From contig OZ059898.1 in assembly GCA_964057225.1 (NCBI GenBank), positions 12,586,001 through 12,650,000 on the forward strand: a stretch of DNA of 64,000 bases. The letters are read 5' to 3'. Of this stretch, positions 45,117 through 62,253 are shown piece by piece; positions within the stretch are counted from its first letter, which is position 1; the number at the start of each line of letters is the position of its first letter. A model generated the notes under the pieces. That model worked only from the letters and a program-made list of their open reading frames with translations. It was not told the DNA's origin and made no database searches. A program made the translations under genes and the position numbers. The DNA comes from Auanema rhodensis (Eukaryota > Animalia > Nematoda).

Positions 45117-48051
45117 TTACAATTTCGATTTTGCATCTTTCATCATAGGCCCCAAATACTTGTGATATGATGGTAACACCTGAATAAATAAAATTAAGAA
45201 ATTTTTAAGAAATTAAAATACATCAGTTTTATTTAAAGGGCTTTGTTGGACCCATTCTAGTAGAGCAGGATATACATTACCATCACGTCTACCAAGAACC
45301 TAAAACAAAGAACATGAAAACATTTGAAATATTCTCTAAAAACTAACAGATTTCAACTCTCTGTCATCAATATCCCAACTATCTACTAGAGCAACAGCAT
45401 TTGGGCGAATAAGTTCCAAACAGTGATAAATGCCGGTTCGGATATTGTTGATCTGATTTTCATTCATGTAGCCAAACTGAAGGAAATAAATTGTGAAAAG
45501 TATAAGTTGTTTCAAACCTTCAAGAATTCTCCTTCAGAATGACCGATCAAATCAAATGCATATAGCTTAGCCAAGTAGGTGAGAGGCTCTCTTATTTTAA
45601 GATCTGTAGCTTTGGCTACTTTATTCAAGAAATTTTTTACAAGATAAAGTCGTACATGCCACTGAAACATTTGTGAAAATTTTAAATGTAAAAAATGGCA
45701 GTTTATACCCTGGATGCTTTACTTAGCTCAACTGACACTAAATTCCAGGACTCTTCGACAGTGTTGTTTTTTTGAGATGCTCGATATAAATCATATGCAC
45801 GGAACACCTAAAACATAAAAAAATTAACCAAAGGAATAATAATGCAAAAATGCAACCGTTCACAACGTTAAAGTTTTGGAAATTAATTTCACGTCGCTCA
45901 TAAAAAGAAAAAACTAGTTACAAGACATTATACTAATTTATTTTGAATATATTCACCTGATTTCTGGCTACATGTTCGAAATCTTCGATAATTTGCTCAT
46001 TACTGTAGGTCTTCCAATTAGTGAATGCTGAACGTGAACGTCCAGATCGTCCTAAATATGCACAGATATCGGCTAACCGAGCTTTTCCATTGCGCACTTC
46101 TTCTGCTGCTTTTATTAAGAAGCGAGCAACTTGTTGTAGCATAACTAAGTTTTCTCCTTCGTATGTGCAACCTCCAACAGCATAAGAATATATTTCGGGA
46201 AAAGCAGAAGCTTGGGAATAGCCATGTCCTCCACATGCAAGTCTACATTGCTCTATTCCCTAGAAAGATAAGTTTTAGAAATGAAAACAGATCTCATCAA
46301 ATGTACACTTGTACGGAACAATAATATCACCTTTTACAACCTTTCGAAATAAAAAAAACATTTTATCAATTAAGCCTTATTTTTGTTATCAATTTACTAG
46401 TTATACTTTAAATTCTGCTCACCTGAGCAGTTTCCCAAGAAACTACAGACTTTAATCCAGAAGACAGTGCATGAATTTCCGGGAGAAGATCAACATTACC
46501 TTCAATCAGTTGCTCAGTGAGCTGAAAAGTAAATCAATTTTCAGGAATATTTTAAAACGTTTCTAATTCATTCATACCTTCATGTAAAGGTCTCTAATTT
46601 CATATGCTGCGAATATGAATGCGAAAGCACGAGCAAGTTGTGGAAAAATGCGGTATTGTTGTGTTTGATAATCAATAATTTGTACTTCACCATTTCTAAA
46701 ATACACAAAAATGTGCTGAAAAAGTTTTTACCAAGTTTTTTACCCAGCCACTTTTTCTCCTTGCCGACGAATAGCACTATAACGTGTAGCAATGCAAGCA
46801 GCAGCAGCCAATTGGTGTGATTGGTCCTTAATCATAATAGATCGTACAAACACCATTGTTCCAAAAGCAAGCTTGGAATGTTTTGGAGCAACGTATGTAC
46901 CATCGGGAAGAACCTATATAGATATACAATAGATTATTTAACTTTTTGTTTGTTTTGAAGACCTTAGAATATCTCATCATCATATTTTCTCTTGGAACAC
47001 GATAATGGTCAAAAATAAGGAACCCATTATCACTGCCATTAATACCTAACTTGGGACCTATGTCACCAAGTTTAACTCCTAAACAATTCATTTAATTTTC
47101 ACTTAAGATCAAAAATAAAACCTTTCATAGGCATATGCGTTTGTTCATCTCTGAGTTGTACAATAAAGGGATGTGGTCCCATATTTTTTCCTTGAGTGTA
47201 TAGTTGAGCTACTACAATAGCATGGTTAGATGATTTTCCAAGGGCACCAGGCCACCATCTAAAGCATTCTAAGTAAACGGAAATACTCAGGTTAAAATGC
47301 ACTTGGTGGCCGTAATTGTTGGAGTATGAAGAATAAATTCTTGAGTTTTAGGATCATACGTAGCTGTTGTTTCTAATTTTGCCAAGTTAGTTCCATGCCC
47401 CAGCTCTGTTTGAGCATAAGTTCCGACGACTCCTCTTACAATAGCCAGAGTCAACCACTTGTCTAGTTGATCATCATCGGTTTGACCTTGTAGGGTGGGA
47501 ATAAACATTACATAATGTAAAGACATTGCATGCAAATCTCTTCCCATAACCAAACTAAAAAGAAAATCCATTTTAACTCTAACTTTTAAACAATCTAAGT
47601 GTTACCTTTGGAGGTACATTCCTTCACCAAAGAAATCTGATCCATCAATTGCATCTGTGTTATCAGTCATTGCAACAATCTTAAGAGAAAATTACTAATA
47701 CAGTTTGTATAGTGCTATAAATTATTTATCTATGTGTGAAATATTTACAAAATTCCAGTAGGATTCATAAGAAAAATTCACCTTTCTTGTTCCATTTTCA
47801 CATCTCTGCTCCCTGGTCATGAATTCAACAGGGATTGGGTCATCAAATTCTTTAAGTGACTTAACAAACTCCAAAATTTCTTTTCTTCTCTGTGAACAGC
47901 CATGCTTTCACCAAAAATATATAAAATGAAATACCACTAAAACTTCTTCACCGCCATGGATGAAAGCTGCCATTCGGTCAACATCGAAAGTTGCACTTAG
48001 TCGCTCTTTTGTGATATCGGGATTATCTCCCGGCTGGATCAGGTTCTTCAT
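45117..48051 (-). CDS. Peroxisomal acyl-CoA oxidase (acox-1 family, most like acox-1.6)
   Basis: [65 protein letters not shown] and PTS1 SKL*. Confidence 0.95.
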
Positions 48052-48568
48052 AACTCTATGATAGCAAAATTAGAAAATAAGAGTAACACACCAAAACAAG
48101 AAAATAGAAGAAATTAAGAAGAATGAGGCTACATGAGATTGTCTTCTATAGTACCGCCCCCCAATTCATATTGCTATCAAATCAAACTGTCATAATAGAC
48201 TAGAGTACACATAAGTGATAATGACTCCAGAAAGTCATCTTCAAATACTGCTATCATATTTAGTTAGAATTAGTTTTACTTAATGTGAACACAAAAACAC
48301 AATACTAGACTAGATAATCTTCTATTATATTTTTTACTTCTTTGAAACATGACACATTTTCAAAATGAATATAAATAAAAACAATAAATATCAAATAAAT
48401 GTTTATAAAAACTAATAATCAACAATTCAACAATAAGATTCAACAAAAAATTGAGCTAATGAGATAAGTTCTAGAAAGGGGATAGAACATGAACAATGGT
48501 CAACAACAGTTTAATCGATAAGAACAGGTCCTAAACAGGAAAAGACGCCCTAAGGAATTGAGCATGTA

Positions 48569-50588
48569 TTAATGACTTCTTAAAAACTTATTGTAAACTG
48601 CTAGATATGTGTTTGCTGTTTTTTTTGCGAAAACGACATCGCTAGGATGTAAAAAATCTTGAAGAGCTATTGGCTCCCGTTCAACATCATCATCTTGATC
48701 CGGAACTTCAGTGTTGCCTGATTTTTTGGACGAATCGTTATCACGAACTCTCTGACCCTCATAGAAATTTCGACTCAATTTTCGCAAAAATTCATGACTG
48801 AAATCATTAGATATGGAACTAATATGACCCAGAAATAAAAAACGTACCGACTTTTGATGCTGCTCAGGGAACACCGAAGTATAAAGGGATTTTCAGAAAT
48901 CACTTTATTGGATAGTTGCATAACCCGATATATATAATAATAATTGTTTAATATATACTTAGCGTCTGAAAGCAAAAAGTAAATTTGAACATTTATCATG
49001 TTAAGTGAAGCATGGCTACGTGAAATTCACGTAAAATATTTATTTCAAAATCGCGCATATTCACAAACCGGTTGTATGAGCTTATGTAAGTTTTTAAATA
49101 TTATTGAGTTCTTACCCATCATGAAGAGACGGGGATCCATCAGTAGCATTTGTTTTATTTCTGCTGGTGAGAATAATAGCTCTTTATTGAACATATTAAC
49201 CAATCTCTGAAAAAACGTTTCAGATTATCCGGTAATCAATGATAAATTTTACCTGCAATGGGCCCAATCCAAACATCACAATTCTGGCTTCCTTGACAAT
49301 CAATTTTCTCACATCATTGCCAGAAAGGCCAAACTGTTTTTGAATCCATCCTAATCGAGCATCCATAGTTTTAACATCAACATTTAACCAATACCTAAAA
49401 ACTTACTCGATTACATTAAAAACATTAAATTCTACCTAAATTCTTTAACGATTTTAACTATTTCAGCTTTAGTAAACCGTTTGGATTCCAAATAGTTGTA
49501 TCTAGCCTTAAATATCCTGTTATTGAACTCTAACAATTCAACACTAACCTTCATATCATCAAGATTTTGTATCAAGAAAAAAGGATTTCGCGTAATATAT
49601 TCTCCTAAATCACTCGGCTCAAATCCTACAGAAACCAACCATTGAAGCTAAAAGGATGAGAAATTATTTCAATTGAATATGGAGCATACCTTTGGCTTAA
49701 CATCCTTATCTTTATCAAGGCGGATAAGATGTCTTGATAACTGGGTAGTGGTATCAATCTGGAAACTGAGAAATGTGCTGACTTCAATGAGAAAAGCATA
49801 CTTCAAATAAGTTTACACCTAAATCGACTAGAGTTTGTAAAAGTGGTACATGATTAACATAAGGGGCAATCGTTCTGGAATAGACAGGAGGAACGCTGTC
49901 ATCAGGATTGAAAGGGTGTGGATTATCGCTGTAAAACTTTGAAAGTACATAAAATAAATCTAGCTAAACTAACCGAGAAGGTGGTTTACTCAGATCAGAA
50001 TTATCAAGTTCACCTTCTGTATACGAAATAGACCGGAATTTAACTTTTCCCGTTTTCTTTTTCAATTCAATCTCATCCTCCGTCATTTTTGGGACCCTAT
50101 CAGGAAGACTCTCATCGTAATGAGTTGTAAGTTCGGAAAGCATTTCCACAAGCTCTTGGGCTCTATTATCCCAATCACGTTCTTCATCTTCAACGCATTG
50201 TTGAAATTCTTCATCTGATAACTTGTATGGTCCAGAACGAACTACATCTTCCTAAATATGGAACCAAATCAGTAATAACAAAACTATATTTAACCGTATT
50301 CATGGTATACGTTTTGTTTTTCCATTTTCGTATTCGTCTTTTAGTGTTAAGAAGCTCTACGTTACTATTCTCTGGTATTCTTTTAGTATTTCGTTTCTTC
50401 GGGGTAGTCTCTAAATCGCACGTTTTCTGAAGATTCAAACTCTTTAAATTTCGATATACACAGCTTACATCTCCGTCATCTAACCCGAATGAATCAGATT
50501 CGCATTTGCTAGTAGAAGGCATATCTGAGGCACACATCCGAGAAAATAATTTTGCTGGCACATTTCGAAGAATGCAATAACGTAACAT
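48569..50588 (-). CDS. mTERF-family mitochondrial protein (mTERF3-like)
   Basis: Mitochondrial-leader-like N-terminus; IAPYVNHVPLLQTLVDLGVNL, RNPFFL, DARLGWIQKQFGLS and RYVFLRKLSR. Confidence 0.8.
49017..49076 (-). other. Dispersed YAACCG...RCGY element in 150-nt mTERF intron
   Basis: Minus strand reads TACAACCG, TTGAAAT ~26 nt later, then the palindrome TACGTGAAWTTCACGTA. Confidence 0.65.
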
Positions 50589-50790
50589 CTCAAGTTGATT
50601 GTCTTAGTATTTGCCTTATTAATAACATTTCATATATACATTATAGCTGGTATAACCGTTTGAAATAATCGTTTAAAATTAAAATTTTTTTATTAAAGTC
50701 TAAACGGGGTTCTAGATCAAATCCAAAAGGATTCCTAATAAATTCAACAAAAAACGAGATTGTAATGATTATAACAAGACTATTTCTTCT

Positions 50791-51243
50791 TTACTTCTTG
50801 GCTGCTTGCATAGCTGCACTGGGTCCAAGCAACATTTGTTGTTGTTGGGCGACCTGTAACATGAAACATCAACTGCTTGAACGTGAAACTTAAATTTTAC
50901 CTGAGTTTTCTGGAAATCACTTCTTTCCTTCTCAATGAGATATGGCATGAACATAATCAATGATGTGGTAGCAGTTACCCAAACTGCATTTCTTGCTAAC
51001 CAGAACTAAAACAGATCTCTATCAAACGTAACATACTAGCATTATACCGAGGATTTAACTCCCCAAACACTCCAATCAACGGATCCAGAAAGAAATCTTC
51101 GTAAACCATTAGGGAACATTTCCCCTAGTCCCTCAATTCTTTCCATGAGAGTCTCCTTAAAAGACATAAAGTGCAAATTTGTAGTTACAGGGCAACATTA
51201 CCTCAAGCTCATCATCAGGAATCTGATCCCATTCATCAGCCAT
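50791..51243 (-). CDS. tomm-22: Mitochondrial import receptor TOM22
   Basis: MADEWDQIPDDELEETLMERIEGLGEMFP...WVTATTSLIMFMPYLIEKER...QQQMLLGP. Confidence 0.92.
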
Positions 51244-51440
51244 TTTATAAAATTTCTACAATCAAAGCAGATTAACATATGCCAAATAAGTGATTCAAGT
51301 GTCATAGATATGAAATGCGATATGAAACGCAAATAAATTAAAACATTATGTACAGAAAATGTTCAACAAGATCATGAAAACATTGGACAATATTAACAAC
51401 CAATTGAGTATCGTGTAAAGACAAAACAAAAACAAATTAA

Positions 51441-53397
<1,957 letters not shown>

Positions 53398-53935
53398 CTG
53401 AAATAATTGTTTTCCTACTTAAAAAATTAAAAAAATAAGAAATTGAGAAACGAAAAATGATGAAAGAATTTTTTCAACTGTGAGTACACTATTACATTCT
53501 CTTTACAGGAACTTTAAACGGGTCAAACTTTAAGAAAAAAATAAATTTCCAAAATCTGCATATTTCAATTCAAATTTTTTCTTTATTAAAATTATTAAAA
53601 GCTTTTGAAAAATATATTTAATATTTATTAAGCTATCAGAAATTTAAATCCTTGGAACCGGCCCAAGGCAATCCTCTCGAGACCTTGTCGTTTACGCTCT
53701 CTAAATTAAATACGCCCCATATCTAACAGCACCGCGTTATATACCGTACTTAGTGGCATGGCCGTATACACGACGCGACTAACGCACACCCTCTCTGTGG
53801 TTAAGTAGTGTCCGAACGAGCACTATCTATTCTCATTCTCTTCTATTCACTCTTCTTCTCTTTTCTATCTTTTTACCTTAAAATATAAATATTAAAATAT
53901 TTCTAATTAATTATTAAACTCAGAAACCAGTTAAA

Positions 53936-54247
53936 ATGGCCCCAAAGCAGCGTATGACTGTTGCCAACAATGCTTTCAGCAAGAATGTTACTAACCGTGG
54001 AAATGTTGCCAAGACTTTGGTAATTTTTAAAAAATTTTTTTTTCATAAAATATTATAATTTTCGTTATAAATTTTGTATTTTTTATAGAAGCCCCAAGAA
54101 GACAAATACCCAGCTGCCCCATGGCTTATTGGACTTTTCGTTTTCGTTGTCTGTGGATCAGGTATCCTTATCAATTAAAGATTCTTCATACGTGATTATA
54201 TTTCAGCTGTATTCGAAATTATCCGATATGTTAAGATGGGATGGTAA
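53936..54247 (+). CDS. RAMP4/SERP1 stress-associated ER protein
   Basis: Three exons: [65 protein letters not shown]. Confidence 0.93.
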
Positions 54248-55525
54248 AACACTAACTGCATTAATATTGGGAGTAACAATGCTTTCAAGTTTATGAAAAT
54301 TGTGAGTGCAGGTCTTACTGTGATAGTATTTATTTTATGATAACTTATCACATTGTAGCATACTTTTTGCGTTTTTATGTATTTTGACTGGTTTCTTTAA
54401 GATTTGGCTAGACTAGAAACGTCTGAAACTTAACCGAATTTTTCGATTTTGTTGTCTATCATTCAAATTCCATGAATGTAATTAAATATTTATATTATAT
54501 CACTTTGATTTTCGGAAAATAATATACATGAATTTTTCTTCTTAAGCTTTAACAGATATTTATTCTCAAACAAGGTTTGTTAAATCAATAGCTTCTTCGG
54601 GGATAAGTTTTTTATTAGATGCGACGTAAGGCACTTGTGTGTAAAAACTTATTAGTATGAGTGACCTGCTTCTCTTATCGACCATAATATCTCTTATTAT
54701 GCGATATCTATTCTATAAGATAAAGTGCACTGCAAGGTTAAATATTGGTATAATCGGAATCGTTTAATATATGATCATAATATAACTGAGATGTTTTTTT
54801 AATGAAATAACAATGTATATAATTTAATCATTTTCATTCAAGAAAACTATTTATAAAGCTAGTTCAACTTTTATATGTTTTTAATTTTAAAGTTATCGGT
54901 TATCATTAGTATGCTAATGAATGGAATCGAGGGAGAATTGATTCATTTATTCAAATTTAATGTTTTATTATTCTTTGCGGTTAGATTAATATTTTTTTAA
55001 ATAAACTTTGATAATATTTCGGATATATCCAGGTAGTAGTAGTAAAATTTAAAATTGTTGATAAGGACCGTCAAAAAATCACGAATTTAAGTAAGAATGT
55101 CATTCATGACTACAATATGTCATTTGATTCAATCACCAAGCTTAATATTTTCAAGCAACGTATATAAACAGATCACTAGATCTTGAAGATATTTGAAAGA
55201 TAAGAAATATGCTTTAAAAAATTGAGATATTACATTAAATTCATATGTTATAAACAAAATTTATTTTTAATTGAAAAAATACCGTATCCCATAGATCACG
55301 AACAATTCAGTATTATATTCATAACACATAAAAAGGCAGAACGGGATTGAATTGCGCTCTAATCATAACGCGGTAACCTTAAATTTCAAAATATAATTAT
55401 GTAATTTGCTGTAAAACTGAATAAAACTTTGAAAAAGCTGTAAAATCTTGTTTGGTTTTGAAATTTTGATCATGTTTACTTTATATATCTCTGTTTCAGG
55501 TGTGTTGTATATATAAGTTTAAAAA

Positions 55526-58500
55526 ATGGATGATTTGATTGATTTTCTCTCAGCCCAGTTTCATTCAGTTGATCAATTTTCCAATGATTGGGTCTCGAAC
55601 ATGTATGAAATTATGATATTACTTTGATATGATTTTTTTGAATTCTAGAATTGATGGTAATTTTACTGAATTCGATACTATATCCGGAGTTGTGAAACCA
55701 GAGTTTTTTGAAATTGATGTGTCAACACAAGTAGAACTATGCAAAAAATGTATTTCGCTTTTGAGTTAAAAAAAAACATATTCAACATATGTGTTTAGTA
55801 TCAAAGCTGTTATACAATTTTCAAAAAAATTCCACTATGGAGGATAAAATTTGGGAAAAAATGACAGAAAGAGGAATTTCTGGTAAGAAACTCATGCTCT
55901 TATTCTGGTATTCTATTGAAACTGCAATTTCGAAGAACAGGTATTCTTTGTTTTTTTTAGTAGTTTTTCTTTTTTTTCTTTTTAGCACGGGATTGGATAT
56001 AAAGTCAGGAATAGCTGCCGCATCTTGTTATCACTATCTTTGTTGTATAAAAGGTGCTCAAGCTTATCATATATTCAATCCAGTTCTGTTTGAGGTAAAG
56101 TCTATTCTTCTAGCTATGCACTATTTTGCTATTCTAGAAATGTTTGGAACTTTTCCGTATTATTTTTCGCTGTATAAAATTTGAAGCACGTGGTGCTAAT
56201 ACTAAATCAAAACCAAAAGGAAAAGGAAAATCCAAGAAAAAAGAGGAAACTGTAGAAGATGGTAAGTTGTGAAGATGTTCATGGTGAAATCATAGTGTTT
56301 TTTATAGAACAAGATATGGGTGTCGCTTTAGAAAAAAGCGAATTGGTGGAGCTTTTAGAAGAAGCTACTTCAGCGTTGTATGTGTTATTGAACAATGGTA
56401 ATCGTGATCAAAATATTTTTATTGTTTCTGTTTCAAGTTGCTTTATCGGCGTTTAAAGAAGCCAGTGAGGCTACTGCTCTATTTATAAGAGATATAGCTA
56501 CAATTGATGCCACAAAAGATACATGCGTTGATGCTTCCGAAAGTATGAGGGATTTCAGCAGATTACCTTATATGTCTGATAGATCTTTTGCCTTAATGCA
56601 TAGACTTGTAGAAGAAAAGCATAGTAACGAAGGAGGTCTTTTGGTAAAGTTAATAATTTATATTTGATTTTTATGAATAAGTTAAGGTGTACTCGCGTAT
56701 TGTTTTTCCTCGATTGGCATATTGGGGCTTTGACTTGTCTACTGTTGCATCGTCTTCGAGTATTCCAGCTTCGTACACCATGTGGAAAGATTTGATGATA
56801 CGTTTCATTATTTCGAGAATTAGAGTTGGGCTCAAATCAGAAATATCAACAATTGTTAAGGTTAGTTAATGGTACAAATAAATAGCGCGTATGTATTCAT
56901 GATAAGAATTAATTATAAGACGTGCAACCGAAAATGCAGCGTTCTTCAAATATACGGTAGAAGTAATATACGTAGCTGTCCTCCGGGCTGTTCACTTTTT
57001 AGCTTTTATATATTAATTAAAATAAGAACTTTATAGATTCTTGAAAATTTATTTTGTCGATGTACGGATCGCCAGGATTACAGAAGCAAGCTATCGGCTA
57101 CGGTAGTTCAAATTCTGTTGGAATTACCTAGAAAGGAGCAATATGTTAGTATTTTACAGAAATTGACTCTTCAATCCCTTTTTTAGGACTTTCTTTGTAG
57201 ATTAAACGTTTTTTCTCGCAATCCCAAAACATCTCTCAGAAATTTTACAGTTGAAGTCGTGCCTCAAATCTTAAAATCGATAAGTTAGTCGTAGTAATGC
57301 TATGTATCCTAATTTTTTCTCCAATTTCAGATCTTGAAGAGGTAAATAATGCTTCTACAGAAGAGGCTATCGATGAAACAGTTGACGAAACTAGAGTTGA
57401 TGAAGTGAGGTTTTTCTAAACATCCGCATATTATATTTTTATTCAGACTAGCAGTGCAAATGAAAACAATACTAACGATGAAGACAGCGACGATGAAATA
57501 GAAAAACTTAGAAGAAAGCGGGCAAAGGAAGCTGCAAAGAAAAAGAAACTAAAGTACTGAGTTTTCTGTCATTATCAATGTTTAATTTTTGTTTCAGACG
57601 ACCTGTTTTAGAAAAAGTCGATGCTAAAACCGTATTGTATGACTGCCTTGTACGATGTTGTGTGGATAAGTCTTCCGGTGTTCGTGGAAAGGGGATAATT
57701 CAAGTAGCACAATTGCTCACTGACCCTATTCACGGAGAAAAATTAAAATCTATTGCTCAGAAAATGGTAAGATATTATTCAATTTATTTTTTTGTTTAAA
57801 ATGTAGCTTTAGTATGAGGAAACTCCGCAATTGTTTACTGGCAAGCTTTCAGAGGAAGGTGAAGTCGAGGAGCAGGAGGGTATAGATGAAGATGTCCTGG
57901 ATGATTCTTTGATTGAAATTACCAATGTTCTTTTCTATATTATCACATCTGCTATGAAGGATGAAAAGGTCATAATTCGGCTAAAAATTAAACTGTTTTA
58001 ATATATTGGTGTTTAGGCTGTAGTTCGAAAATCTGGTATAATCGCTATGCAATCTTATTTTAGAATGATAGATAATCGAAACGAATTCGACGAAGCACTG
58101 ACATTGTTAAAAGTTAGTTCTAAACAGGAACGACTAATATTCTTGTCCATTTCAGAAATCTGTTGTTGATGCTTCTGTGCTGGTTCGTAAACAAGGTGCA
58201 GAGACAATTAATCAGATTCTATCAAATGATACTCTTTTTAAGTATGTATAGGTTATTAATATCTGATTTATAATCATACTTCTCAGAGATCATCTCGAGA
58301 CGATGTGGCTGAAAACTGTTCTTCCGATGATTAATGATCGAGAACAGTCTGTCTCAGATGTCGCTGGTAAACTCATTTCTGAAACAATTGTTCAACCTAT
58401 ACTGAATGATGATGAAACTGTCTGGTCTTTGCTAGGTAAAATCGAGCAAGAAGATAATCATAGGTTCGGAGAATTAATATATATTTTTATAAAGACTCAC

Positions 58501-61500
58501 ATTTCAGGCGTCTGCTTGTCCGTGCATTATTCCATCAATCTAAAGAAAAAAAAGTGAATGAAAGAATTGTTGATGTTCTACTTACAAGATTACTAACTGA
58601 TGCCAAACGCACAGATGTGATTTGGATGATGTTAGCAGAGCTTAGTATTGTATTTCAAGTATGGCGAGATCATATTTTTGTGTCCACATGGAGAATTTTC
58701 AGATTAAACCAGCTAAAGCTCTTGATCATTGGTTCACTTTATCAGAAAATGAATCCAGCAACAAAGTATGATCTTAATATTAGAAAATATTTTTCTTTAT
58801 TTCCTTTTTAGGTTCGATATATTGCGAAAGTTATCACGTCATCAGTATCTCAGTTGACTCCGGCTCAAAAATCTAGACTAACCGAAGATCTTGAGTTTAA
58901 AATATCTCAGTATCAGTACGTTTTTTTAGTATTTATAAATAAGATTCATAATTCATTTTTTTCAAGACTAGAAGCAGGGCATATATCTTCTGTGTATCTT
59001 TGTCTTGCAAAGTTATTAGATGCCGTTGGAGAGGAAGCAAGTGGGTGGGCTGTTCTTCGTGAGTATGGAGCCAAAGTTTTGAGCGACTGCAAAAGACAAG
59101 TTCGTAAAAACCTTGATGAGTTTAGCTCTGAAATTCATATGGTAGATGGAGAAAGGTGATTGATATACCAGTAATACGAGTTAATACGGTAATGTTTTTT
59201 CCAGTTTGTCCACTATGGAAACTAAACTTATTCGTGTAATTACTACGATTGGTGAAGTTATTCAATTCTCTCCCACTCTCTTAAACTCATGTGGCGAATT
59301 AGTCAATGCATTGAAGATTATTATGGCATCCGCAGATCTTCAAGCTGACGAGCAAGTTTGTGGAAGAAGTAAATATTGTTTTTGTGAAATCATGCAATTT
59401 TTATAATTTTAGTCATTAACTCTGCTGTTCCTTCGGTTAATCCAACTCCTCTACCATCACGTACAGGAACTGCCTTGGGACTGTATCCTGATGCACAATC
59501 GGTATTGACTTTTATTTTTTTTTTTTAGAAGGATTGTTTAAGGAAATGTTTTCACAACCAATGTCTATGGGATCGCAACCATTATCCTCTCAGGGCCAAC
59601 TCATAATTCCGCATCATATGATTAACAAAAAAGATCATTGTGTTGGTGTTCAGCTTTTTACTCCGTTAGTTAGAGCTTACTGTGTATTGGCCATCGGAAA
59701 ATTCTGTCTTATGGTAATTCTTGTTCACTTTTGAATTCGAAATTTGGTTTCTTTGTAGGACGAAAAGTTGGCTAAAAGTTGTGTGCCTGTCCTTGTCAGG
59801 CAACTTAAAGTCAACCAAGACCATATCATCAGAAATAATGTAGTTTTCGTAATATGTGATTTGTGTATAAGGTTAGAGCATTATTTTTGAATTTTTGTGA
59901 ACGTATATTACTCCAGATATACATTACTTGTTGATCGCTATTCTCCAATTATTGCTAGCTGTTTAAAAGATAGATCAACTCTAGTCCGTCATCATACGCT
60001 GGAGTCGTTAACTAATTTGATTAAAGAACAGTTTATTCGGTGGGAAGGCCAGGTTTTCTTTACTCTCTTATATTTTTTAAATTAAATATTATTAAGATTA
60101 TGTACCGATTCGTCTCTACTATTTTGGACGAGAACCGAGCAATCAGGGAATATGCAGAATTTTGCTTGGTTTTTAATTTATTTATTTCTCATTACTATTC
60201 TTCCTTTATAGAAAGAAGTTCTCTTGCTTCAATTCCCTGGAATGTTTTATAATCATTTTATTGAATGTCTGATTTACTTTAACGACGTACCCCGGAAATA
60301 CATGCCAGGAGGTTAGTGAATCATATATACCATCTGCTCACGAAGTATTAATTAAGCATCTGAGGATCTAGACGTAGATAGTTCTTTGAAATTTTCACTT
60401 AGTGGAAAAAGAAATTATAATGCAAGAATGATTTTATACAGATTTATGGTTTTGAAAAACATTTTTCTTATCCCTTACTTTGATCATTTTTCAGTTAGCT
60501 ACCTTCGATGATAAGCAAAAGTTCATGACTATGTCTCACATTTGTGAACAAATTTTCCGTCCAATTTACAGTGGGGAAATGGATTTCCAAAGCAAACATG
60601 TTTTAGATTTGTTAACTGATTCTTTTGATGTATGAGAGTAGTACTTTATACCTTTATATCTTGCTCAATCATAGATCATGTCTTCAAAGGAAATTAAATT
60701 GAACATGGATGTTGGAAAAGGAAATGATGAAGATGAGGATGAACCTTCACCTGCTATTGTTGCTGCTGCCAAAAATATGATTTCGACGGCATTCAGGAAA
60801 GGAATAATTCTCTCTATTATGCCACCGTTATTAGAAATGCGTTCTTTCCTTCTCGAGAACAAAAGTCCGCTCATCAAGCAATGCTTTGCTGTTTTGAGGT
60901 ACTTTTTCATTTTTAATTAGAATATATATATATATATATATATTATCAATATTTTCAGAGCTATTTGTCGGGAACACAAGGAACAAATTGACGAATTTTT
61001 GGCTGGTGATAAGCAACTCAAAGCTGAAATTGAGTTTGACATCAAACGTTACGAGGTTAGTAAAGCTTCACGTAGTGTGTATATTGTTGCGATTTAGCTG
61101 TACGAAATTGCCCAAAGAAAAAAAGCTGCAGAAGCAGCACAAAAAGCTCGACGTGAACGTAGATCTATCGCAGTTGCTAATATGCTTGTAAATAATACGC
61201 AACCCATAGTAAAGAGTGAGCCTACCAGCCAAGGCAATGAAGAAAACGTGAAGTGCGATAGTCAACCTCCCGTGCCTGTTAATCGGAAGTCTCAGCCAAT
61301 GGAAAATATTGCCGAACAAGATGAACCTATGGAAGAAGGCGACGATGTTGTTCCCGTTGAATCAAACAAATCTCAAATAGCAAAATCACCTAAATGCGAT
61401 AATAAAGCAACCACGAGCTCCTCTTCCACAAGTGCTGAAGATCAATCCACCCAAAATGATGAGCCTGAAGGTGAAGAAATGGAAGTAGATGCTCAAAAAG

Positions 61501-62058
61501 AGAATTTGGAATCTCGTGCAAAATCTAGATCACCTTCTATTGTACCAGAAGTTTCTGATACAGGTTTAGAATGTTTCCAATACGTACTGTAATTTGTTTT
61601 TTTAAGCTAATACTTCTATACGTACAAGACGACAGAAGAAACTCGAAGCTGAGAAAACTGCCAACGAGTCTGCAACATTTGTAGTCCCTAAAGCAGGAAG
61701 AATGTCTGTGAGAAAGGTAAGGAACATTTTTTTGGCTCATTCTATCCTTCTTTATTTCATTGCAGCGTTCCCGATTATCTGTTACAAATTCAGTATCAGA
61801 AGAAGATGTTTTCGCTCGAGCTATATCAACTCCAAACAAAACTATGGATCCTAATGTAAGCAGCGTAAATTTTCTATATTTTCTAATTTTATTTTTACAG
61901 CTCACATTTGCTGATCTCAATCTCTCTGCAATTAGGAGTGACTCTGAAGTGAAACCTCCAAGGTTAAGTGGTATGCTTACAAACTTGGTTTTTTTTCTGA
62001 TTTTCATTTTTCAGTAAGAAGCACAAGGAGAACAACACTGGATCGAATTAATGAATAA
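55526..62058 (+). CDS. hcp-6: Condensin II HEAT subunit CAP-D3
   Basis: Many short exons. Cnd1-type region IRNNVVFVICDLCIRYTLLVDRYSPIIASCLKDRSTLVRHHTL...FIRWEGQ, then an acidic tail with RAISTP. Confidence 0.88.
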
Positions 62059-62253
62059 CTGTGAAATTTTAAATGTTTCTATCTTTTTCATCTTATATTC
62101 ATGTAATGACAATAATCTAATTTTGATTTCATACTAATCATATCATTTGTGAAATAATACATTCTCACTTTTATTGAATTTTTACTATTTTCTGTTCGAT
62201 GCAGATACTTATATTTCAATTAATCATATTTGCTTGTAAATACCTTGTTAAGG

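Noticed and set aside
53650-53830. GC-richer island as an ncRNA
   Set aside because: No recognisable RNA family; better explained as the divergent ruvb-1/RAMP4 promoter.
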